In this document: positions 1 to 6,644 of the stretch, one piece after another
How positions within the stretch are numbered: the first letter of the stretch is position 1
Layout of the letters: every line of letters starts with the position of its first letter
Source of the DNA: Gemmatimonadota bacterium
Lineage (GTDB): Bacteria; Gemmatimonadota; Gemmatimonadetes; Gemmatimonadales; GWC2-71-9
DNA: 16,052 nt
NCBI GenBank assembly: GCA_036679605.1
Contig: JAZDCZ010000388.1
Coordinates: 1-16,052, forward strand
Direction of reading: 5' to 3'
Notes under the pieces: model-generated
Seen by the model: only the letters and a program-made list of their open reading frames with translations
Databases searched by the model: none
Told to the model about the DNA's origin: nothing
Position numbers and translations under genes: made by a program

Positions 1-627
1 TCGGGTGCCGAGGTCTAAGGCGGATGTCGGACTTGCGTCGTCGGCATCATCCGGCTCGACGATCAGGGCGGACAGGGCGGCTGCTGCGCCGAGGAAGATT
101 CCGTGTTGCCGAATGAAAATAGAAGCTGCGACGATTACCGAGCCCACTATAAAAGGGGCCGCGCGCCCGGTTTTCAATCCACGCAGGTAGAACAGGGTCG
201 CCCAGATCAACACTGCCGAAAATGGTACGTCGGTCATGAAACTGAACGACACGTTTAGGTAAAGGGGGTTGAACGCCAACACGATTAACGCGAGTAGGGC
301 CAGGGACCTCGGCACGCGCGTCTCGCGCAGTACCAACCAGAAGCCGAAAACGCCTAGCGTAGCCATTACAAGGGTAGAGCCACGCAGTATCGTGAACGAA
401 AAGCCGAACAGCTTGCACAGGGCTGTGCCATAGAACATTTGCAGGATCAGGCTCGCACCGGTCCAAGGGAGAAACCCTACTGTTCCTTCCTCGCAAAGCC
501 GACGTACGGCGTAGGCATAGGACCAGTCGTCGCTAAGAGGAAAGTTTCCCGCCGGGCCGATCAGTGCCGTTATAACGACGGCGCCGGCACCGATGAGCGT
601 GGCGGCTAGCCAGGTGTTTTTTGTCAT
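1..627 (-). CDS. ArnT/PMT-like (GT-C fold, GT39/GT83-like) membrane glycosyltransferase, N-terminal 209 aa; continues beyond the left edge
   Basis: Not in the ORF track because there is no stop inside the window. Manual translation from ATG at 627 gives MTKNTWLAATLIGAGAVVITALIGPAGNFPLSDDWSYAYAVRRL...FGFSFTILR...FNPLYLNVSFSFMTDVPF...IFIRQHG. It shows TM1 followed by an acidic DD motif in the first loop, multiple TM helices, and the MTDVP and RQ motifs seen in this family. The start overlaps the upstream sulfatase stop (ATGA, 624-627). Confidence 0.88.
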   Translation of the reverse strand, partial: MTKNTWLAATLIGAGAVVITALIGPAGNFPLSDDWSYAYAVRRLCEEGTVGFLPWTGASLILQMFYGTALCKLFGFSFTILRGSTLVMATLGVFGFWLVLRETRVPRSLALLALIVLAFNPLYLNVSFSFMTDVPFSAVLIWATLFYLRGLKTGRAAPFIVGSVIVAASIFIRQHGIFLGAAAALSALIVEPDDADDASPTSALDLGTR

Positions 628-2888
628 TGCAGATAGCCGAGCGCGCGCAGTTTGTTCTCTTGCGCGGGGTCGAGTACGGCCCGATCTACGGCGGATGTCG
701 TCTTCGGCGTGATCGAGGTGCCGGCGGTCGATTCGAATATCCTTCGATCTCTTGCGGCCCGCCAGTGGTAGCTTGCGAGGGCTGTAACTAATTCCTTTAC
801 CATCGAACGGTCTCTCGGCCACAGGTCATGAAGTTCCATCGGATCGTCGGCCAAGTCGAAGTATTCAAATCTATATCGACCTTCAACGCGATAGCGGACT
901 AGCTTATTGTTACCTACACGGACGGAGTACGCAGGAGGTTCGAAGCTGACGAATTCCTTTCGAGCAATGACGGCATAGTGATTCCAGGATTCGCCGAAGT
1001 AACGACGGTGGTCAAGCGCAGGGTCGTGTGCTTTTCCTTGCGCGAGGGCGAGCAGGCTCTTTCCGGGCAACGGGTAGGGTGGGTTGACTGAGAAAAGGTC
1101 GAGCAGTGTGGGCGCCAGATCGATATGCCCCACTTGTTGTTTCACTCGATGTTGTCGTGCGATGCATGGGCCGGTTAGCATCATGGGGACGTGCAGGACT
1201 TCTTGGTACAGGTGATCTCCGTGGAGGTAATAACCGTGCTCATAAAACGCCTCCCCGTGGTCACTTATCAGTATAAAAACAGTGTTCCTCTTCAAACCCA
1301 GCTTCGCCAGCACATTGAGCAACTCGGCGATCTCATCGTCGGTGTAGCGGATCTCCTGCTTATAGAGCATTTTGTCATCTGCGGCTGCCGCCTGCTCGGA
1401 CGAGTTTTGTTCACTGTCGTATTCGGTCCTAAACATCTTCTTATAAGCCTCCGGCGGAGTATACGGGTTGTGAACTTGGTAGGTGTGAATGAAAAAGAAA
1501 AAGCGTTTATCACGGTTTCGACGTAGCCAGGTCACGGCTCGATCGAAAGTCGCCTCGATTTGACCCTCGAGAGACCTGATGTCCGCGCTCTTGTTTTCGA
1601 CGTATACGTTAAACCCTCGGGCAAAGCCGGATCGTGCGCTGAGCCAGGCGTCTTCTGTAACTGCGCCGGTTTCGATGGAAGCGTTACGCAGTATTTCCGG
1701 CACTGTGTTGAGGTGGCCGTCGACAACCTCACGTCCGCTCGTGAGGCCATGCACCGACGGCTGTAGCCCGGTAAACATGCTCATGTGAGAAGGTGCGGTC
1801 GAAGTAGCTGCGGCGGCGCATTGCTCGAACACGGTTCCAGCTTTACCGAACGTTTTGTGTATAAAGGGTGCGGTACGATCTGTCTCGCCATAGTCTTGAA
1901 GAACGTCGGCTCTGAGCGTGTCGACTGATAGGAGAATAACGTTGGGGCTGCCGGCGCCGATCGGTTCGGGCGCGTACACAGTCGGGTTGGCCCACACGGG
2001 GAACACCCTGGCACCGCTATCGTCGCTCGTCTGCTGCGAGCGAAATACGAAACGCCAGTGATCCCCTTGGATACCGTCCAAGGGGATCTTATGACTTATC
2101 CAAAGGTTGTTTTTGATTTCATCAGCGTCGAGAGTCTCTGCAAACAGGGTCTGGCAGTCGGCCCTTCTGCATGCCTGAAGTTGAAGTTCGACGGCTGCAG
2201 TTTTCCACTGTTCGTGCAGTACCCCTGTCGCAAACTCTAGTACCGAGTCTGCGGAGATAATTACCTCCGGGGTCATATAGGTGGTGGTAGCAGACCAATC
2301 GGCCCATAAGGCCTCTATCCAAACGTCGACGTTGTGTCCTTTGGCCTGAGGCGGAAGCTTGACTACGAAATCGAGAGTCGCGGCTTTTGCCGGTACAGTC
2401 ACCAGTTTCCGCGGAAGCTGATTCCGGTGCAAGAGAATCTCTACGGCTGGTAGTATCAGCAGATGCCTAGAGTACGGTAGCGGCTTTTTGATAACGAGAG
2501 GAAACGTGTGTTCGAGTGACGCTCCGACTTTGTAGTTGCCTTCGTAGAATACAAGGGCGCGTTTCGGACTCATCAGGACGAAGCGCGTGTCGTCGTTTAT
2601 GGTGGCTGTTGGCAGTGTCGTCGTCGCCAACGGGGAGGGAGGGCTAGCTACAACAGGGGCATATGGACCGTTGCCGTCGTCCCAGGTCGCGTCCTGTCGA
2701 AGGGCCTCGTTTACGAACCTGTAAGCCGGTCGTCGAATCGTTCGCGCGGGAGGATCACTGGCGCATAGGTGCGCCGGTGCGTTGTTGGTATGAGGAGTTT
2801 GAGAACACCCGCTGGGTAGGGTTACGACAAGGAGACACACTGCTGCCATGATCGGCGTTGATGCTCGAAGGACACGATTTGACAGCAT
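624..2888 (-). CDS. Exported sulfatase-like hydrolase/transferase (alkaline phosphatase superfamily) with a ~300-aa N-terminal extension
   Basis: Motifs PNVILLSVDTLRAD, TAPSHMSMFTG (nucleophile helix), HTYQVHNPY, LISDHGE, HGDHLYQEVLHVPM, DLAPTLLDL, FDLADDPME and C-terminal LRALGYL. N-terminal hydrophobic signal ends in LPSGC. The start is uncertain (TTG 2891, ATG 2888 or ATG 2849). Confidence 0.9.
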   Translation of the reverse strand: MLSNRVLRASTPIMAAVCLLVVTLPSGCSQTPHTNNAPAHLCASDPPARTIRRPAYRFVNEALRQDATWDDGNGPYAPVVASPPSPLATTTLPTATINDDTRFVLMSPKRALVFYEGNYKVGASLEHTFPLVIKKPLPYSRHLLILPAVEILLHRNQLPRKLVTVPAKAATLDFVVKLPPQAKGHNVDVWIEALWADWSATTTYMTPEVIISADSVLEFATGVLHEQWKTAAVELQLQACRRADCQTLFAETLDADEIKNNLWISHKIPLDGIQGDHWRFVFRSQQTSDDSGARVFPVWANPTVYAPEPIGAGSPNVILLSVDTLRADVLQDYGETDRTAPFIHKTFGKAGTVFEQCAAAATSTAPSHMSMFTGLQPSVHGLTSGREVVDGHLNTVPEILRNASIETGAVTEDAWLSARSGFARGFNVYVENKSADIRSLEGQIEATFDRAVTWLRRNRDKRFFFFIHTYQVHNPYTPPEAYKKMFRTEYDSEQNSSEQAAAADDKMLYKQEIRYTDDEIAELLNVLAKLGLKRNTVFILISDHGEAFYEHGYYLHGDHLYQEVLHVPMMLTGPCIARQHRVKQQVGHIDLAPTLLDLFSVNPPYPLPGKSLLALAQGKAHDPALDHRRYFGESWNHYAVIARKEFVSFEPPAYSVRVGNNKLVRYRVEGRYRFEYFDLADDPMELHDLWPRDRSMVKELVTALASYHWRAARDRRIFESTAGTSITPKTTSAVDRAVLDPAQENKLRALGYLQ

Positions 2889-2894
2889 CAATTC

Positions 2895-2923
2895 ATCCTG
2901 AAATCCGTGTGCGCGAATGTCAA
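2895..2923 (-). promoter_or_regulatory. Putative sigma70 promoter for the sulfatase/GT-C operon
   Basis: Minus strand TTGACA (2923-2918), 17-nt spacer, CAGGAT (2900-2895). The -35 is perfect and the -10 is weak. Confidence 0.45.
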
Positions 2924-2940
2924 CGTGGCCGTTTGTCCTG

Positions 2941-2969
2941 TAGCGTGCGCTTGGTGTGCAGTGTAATCT
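2941..2969 (+). promoter_or_regulatory. Putative sigma70 promoter for the divergent methyltransferase
   Basis: TAGCGT (2941-2946), 17-nt spacer, TAATCT (2964-2969), followed by an SD-like GGTGGG before ATG 2988. Confidence 0.3.
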
Positions 2970-2987
2970 ATCTGCGGTGGGAATGAC

Positions 2988-3689
2988 ATGAAAGAACGTG
3001 TGTTCCGATACCGCGCGGTCGAGAAGCGCATTGCCGCGGGGCGGCCCGGGGTTGCCGTGCTTGATATAGGGTGCGGCCGAGGCGACAACCTGCGTCGGCT
3101 AATCCGATATGGCGCCGATGTGTGTGGTGTTGAGCCTAATGAAGACCGTGCACGTGAAGCACGGTCCCTTGCGCCTGTAAAAGTCGGAGTCGGTGAGTCG
3201 CTTCCTTGGGAAGCCGAGTCATTCGATATGATTTACATCAGCCATGTACTTCATCATGCGAAGGATGTAGATGCGGTCCTGCGGGAATGTTTTCGATGCT
3301 TACGACCCGGGGGGGTCCTGTTTGTGATCGAAACGATCGAGGACAGCCCCCTTCTGCGGCTCGCACGGGCGATCCAGCCTCGCTGGGAAGACGACGATGT
3401 CTTGAACAGGTTCCGCTACGACGGTCTTCTCCAGATGATACGTGAACGCGGTTTCGAGTTGCGGCAGAGCCGGAAGTTCAACTGGATGTACTTTGCGTGG
3501 GAGATGCTTCCTATGGTGTTCCGGCCGCTGGAGTTCTTCACGCCCGTCTTCATTCGTCTCGAGACTGCTCTGGGTCGATGGCTCGATCGTTGGGGCGCCC
3601 ACTGTTGGTTGGTGGCACAAAAGCCGGGGCCGTCGCTTTTCCCCGACACGTTATTGGGCCCTGTACGCAGTGGCGAAAACATAAGCTGA
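2988..3689 (+). CDS. Class I SAM-dependent methyltransferase (Methyltransf_11-like)
   Basis: Motif I VLDIGCGRG, acidic GVEPN, ESLPWEAESFDMI, SHVLHH and LRPGG; 233 aa. Confidence 0.92.
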   Translation: MKERVFRYRAVEKRIAAGRPGVAVLDIGCGRGDNLRRLIRYGADVCGVEPNEDRAREARSLAPVKVGVGESLPWEAESFDMIYISHVLHHAKDVDAVLRECFRCLRPGGVLFVIETIEDSPLLRLARAIQPRWEDDDVLNRFRYDGLLQMIRERGFELRQSRKFNWMYFAWEMLPMVFRPLEFFTPVFIRLETALGRWLDRWGAHCWLVAQKPGPSLFPDTLLGPVRSGENIS

Positions 3690-3813
3690 TCTCGGGTGTC
3701 AGCCGGCAGAGGTGGCGGAGCTTACCCTTGACGTCGCTGGGTCGACACCTGAATCGATCACGGGCGTAAAGAAAACACGTTAATGCCTCTGTCGGTGGTG
3801 GTGTTTGGTTTAG

Positions 3814-3842
3814 TTGCGTCGATTCGCGGACCAGTCTAAAAT
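3814..3842 (+). promoter_or_regulatory. Putative sigma70 promoter upstream of the membrane SAM-fold gene
   Basis: TTGCGT (3814-3819), 17-nt spacer, TAAAAT (3837-3842). This implies a start site near 3849 and a ~160-nt leader. Confidence 0.55.
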
Positions 3843-4010
3843 GCAAAACTTATCTCTTTCACACGTGCGGTGGCCCGCAAGGGAGTTCGGTCAGCGACCC
3901 GTAGATGGGGTCTGGCTGGATAGGGACTAGCGTTTGCGCACTGCGCTGCATCGGCTTGCCGCTCAGATAGCATCGAAGGAAACACAGGCAGTCCCAGCAA
4001 GGGGTACGGA

Positions 4011-6389
4011 ATGTCACAATCGCGTCGTTACTACATCGAGATCTTTCTCGTCAGCCTCGCCGGACTGCTGCTCGAAATCAGTTATACACGTGTAGTCGCG
4101 TTCAAGCTTTTCTATTATTACACCTATCTTGTTATCGGGTTTGCGCTTCTTGGAATAGGATCGGGCGGGGTTCTGGTCGCGATCAGTGCAACGCTGAGGA
4201 AGGCGTCGCTCGATAGCATTATTGCGTTGTGCGCGATCGCCGGGTCGTTTGCCACAATTGCCGGCTACGTGATAATCGCGATCACGCCGCTCAATGCATT
4301 TGCGCTCTGGAGTAGTGTCAGCGAACCGATTAAGTTGTTGGTCCTATGCGGCGCGCTCTTTGCGACCTTCCTTTCTATTGGCGTTATCGTCGCGACGTTG
4401 CTGGGTCGACATCCGGAGCGGGTTAGCCGCCTATATTTCGCCGATTTGATTGGTGCAGGAGTCGCCTGCGCTCTCGTTGTTCCGTTGATGACGCGAGTGA
4501 CCCCGCCGGGCTGTGTCATGATTGGCGCCGCCCTGCTAGCTGTTATCGGCTTAGTGAGCGCGCGCGCATGCGGACGGCAGGCGCTCACGCTACTTGGTGG
4601 TGTGGGCACTCTTTTGGGTGTGCTGCTTGCAGCATATCCTTCCCTATTGCCCGATCCGGTGACGGATAACATCAAGACCATTCGACCGGATACACAGGTA
4701 CTATTTTCCAAATGGAATCCCGTCTTTCGAATCGATGTCACTGAGTCTCTCGACCCCGACGTTCGGATTATTCATCACGATGGGCTTTGGGGCTCTACTC
4801 TTCAAAAGTACTCGGGGGACCCCTCGACGTTGGGTCGATTTGACACTGATGAGCGATCGTTCGCTTTCTCCGTGGCAGACTCGAAACCCAAAAAGGTCCT
4901 CATTATAGGTGCAGCAGGTGGGCACGAGGTTCTCTCCGCGATTCACTTCGATGCACAGAAAATTACAGCCGTCGAGTTGAATCCGGCCACTGTGTCTCTT
5001 GTTCGAACTTTCTATCGAGAGTACACCGGCGACATCTATCACGACGAACGGGTCGATTTCATAAATGGCGAGGGGCGTTCGTTTTTAGCCCGTAGCGACG
5101 ACACGTATGACCTGATCTATTTTGTCGCTCCGGACAGTTACACCTCTACAAGCGCTGCAACGGCTGGGGCCTTTGTCCTATCGGAGAGCTATCTCTACAC
5201 GGTTGAGATGATCACGGAGAGCTTGCGTCACTTGAATGACGGCGGCGTGATCTGCATGCAGTTCGGAGAGTTTGCCTACGAAAAGAAGCCGAACAGAACC
5301 GCTCGCTACGCGGCCACGGCTCGTGAGGCTTTCTCCAGACTCGGTATCGGTGGTTTCGGTAAGCACGTTCTTGTTGCCACAACGCCAGGTTTTGTGCAGC
5401 TTTCCACAATTCTTTTGAAACGGGCGCCTTTTACGAAATCGGAACTCGCGCGGTTTATTCGCCAAGTCGACGCGGTCAAAGATAGCAAGGCCCGCTATGG
5501 GTATGGCGAAGCGCTCGATTCAGGGCCCGTTAATAAGGTTATAGATCTGCCGGATGATAAGCTGGCCGATTGGCTTGGAAGTTACGCCTACGACGTCTCG
5601 CCGGTAAGGGACGACTCGCCGTTCTTTTGGCATTTTGCCCGGTTCCGTACGGTCGTGCGATCGCTCGGTGGAAAGCTCGCTGGCGGTGATACCGAGGATT
5701 CTGTAGGTGAACGCCTTCTCCTCGCCATGGTAGTGGTGTCGTCGCTCTATGCACTCTCGTTTCTTTTGCTACCGTTTTTGTCAATTCGTGATGTGTGGCG
5801 CCAGCTTCCAGAAAAAGGCACGAGCGCTCTGTACTTCGCGTCCCTTGGTCTTGCCTTCATGTTTTTCGAGATCAGCCTGATCCAAAAGCTTACTCTATTC
5901 CTTGGATACCCAACTTACTCTCTTACTGTTACGTTGATGGCACTGCTCGTTTTCGCCGGCATTGGCGCGTTTTGTTCGGAGTCCTATCTGCCGTCGCGGC
6001 GGCGAGCGGTACTCCTTCTGTTCGGTGCAGTGGTTTTCCTGATGATTTTCTTCCAGTTTGGCATTGACATAATTACCGGTGCCTTACTAGGAAAAAGTCT
6101 TGCGGTGCGTGTAACAGCAGCAATTGCGTGCATGGCGCCGTTGGGTATTGTGCTCGGAGGGTTTATGCCCCTCGGGCTGTCTACAGTCGCCGACATGACC
6201 ACCTTCAAGAACGAATATGTGGCGTGGGGATGGGCAGTGAACGGATTCTTTTCGGTACTGGGATCCGTTACAACGACGATACTCTCCATGACGTTCGGCT
6301 TCCGGGTCGTACTGTTTCTGGCGATGGTCGTGTACGGGATAGCGACGCTTGCATTCCTGCGATTGGAGTCTAGGCTTACTCAAAACTGA
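4011..6389 (+). CDS. Polytopic membrane protein: MFS-like TM halves with an inserted spermidine-synthase-like/class I SAM-binding domain
   Basis: About 7 N-terminal TMs (EISYTRV, YFADLIGAG), then a soluble domain with VLIIGAAGGHEV, ITAVELNP, EGRSFL, YDLIYF, ESYLYTVE and HLNDGG, then about 7 C-terminal TMs (FEISLIQKL, LGYPTYS, GFMPLGL, WAVNGFFSVLGS). SD-like AAGGGG at 3999-4004. Confidence 0.88.
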   Translation: MSQSRRYYIEIFLVSLAGLLLEISYTRVVAFKLFYYYTYLVIGFALLGIGSGGVLVAISATLRKASLDSIIALCAIAGSFATIAGYVIIAITPLNAFALWSSVSEPIKLLVLCGALFATFLSIGVIVATLLGRHPERVSRLYFADLIGAGVACALVVPLMTRVTPPGCVMIGAALLAVIGLVSARACGRQALTLLGGVGTLLGVLLAAYPSLLPDPVTDNIKTIRPDTQVLFSKWNPVFRIDVTESLDPDVRIIHHDGLWGSTLQKYSGDPSTLGRFDTDERSFAFSVADSKPKKVLIIGAAGGHEVLSAIHFDAQKITAVELNPATVSLVRTFYREYTGDIYHDERVDFINGEGRSFLARSDDTYDLIYFVAPDSYTSTSAATAGAFVLSESYLYTVEMITESLRHLNDGGVICMQFGEFAYEKKPNRTARYAATAREAFSRLGIGGFGKHVLVATTPGFVQLSTILLKRAPFTKSELARFIRQVDAVKDSKARYGYGEALDSGPVNKVIDLPDDKLADWLGSYAYDVSPVRDDSPFFWHFARFRTVVRSLGGKLAGGDTEDSVGERLLLAMVVVSSLYALSFLLLPFLSIRDVWRQLPEKGTSALYFASLGLAFMFFEISLIQKLTLFLGYPTYSLTVTLMALLVFAGIGAFCSESYLPSRRRAVLLLFGAVVFLMIFFQFGIDIITGALLGKSLAVRVTAAIACMAPLGIVLGGFMPLGLSTVADMTTFKNEYVAWGWAVNGFFSVLGSVTTTILSMTFGFRVVLFLAMVVYGIATLAFLRLESRLTQN

Positions 6390-6400
6390 TACACTAGAGA

Positions 6401-6558
6401 TGCGCTGTTTGGTCCATTCTGCTTGTTGAGTAACCCTGAAGCCGACCCGGAGTTTATCTAGGCTCATTCTCCCAAAGCCAGGATTGTGATCCCTCCTCCT
6501 TGACCGAGGCCGTCTCTGGGCGGTACGCTTTTGCGCCGGCTCGGTGGCGTACTTTTTT
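6401..6558 (+). ncRNA. Candidate intergenic sRNA with an anti-SD motif
   Basis: Extended -10-like TGaTACACT at 6387-6395, several hairpins, GATCCCTCCTCCTT at 6488-6501, and a terminator-like 3' end. No family recognised. Confidence 0.3.
6522..6558 (+). terminator. Intrinsic terminator-like hairpin with U-tract
   Basis: GTACGC (6523-6528) pairs with GCGTAC (6547-6552), enclosing CGCCG-gct-CGGTG, followed directly by TTTTTT (6553-6558). Confidence 0.55.
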
Positions 6559-6644
6559 ATTGGTGCTGGCACTGATAGCGGTCATACCGGGTTAGTGCAC
6601 ACACGTTTTAACAAGTAATTGTACGACCTTGAGGGAGATTGTCG

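Noticed and set aside
47..496. 149-aa minus ORF and 61-aa plus ORF (5..190) from the track
   Set aside because: They are alternate-frame or antisense shadows of the real GT-C gene at 1..627.
3849..3924. Canonical SAM-I or SAM-IV riboswitch
   Set aside because: Only superficial matches (CTTATC, TGGCCCG, CAGCGACC). The conserved AUCAAGAG and GCAAC/GUGC binding core is absent, so it is kept only as a non-canonical candidate.
4011..6389. Calling the gene speE (spermidine synthase)
   Set aside because: It lacks the GGGDG and DxxD aminopropyltransferase motifs and is a ~14-TM protein.
6488..6501. 16S rRNA fragment
   Set aside because: Similarity is limited to the anti-SD tail, with no flanking rRNA sequence.
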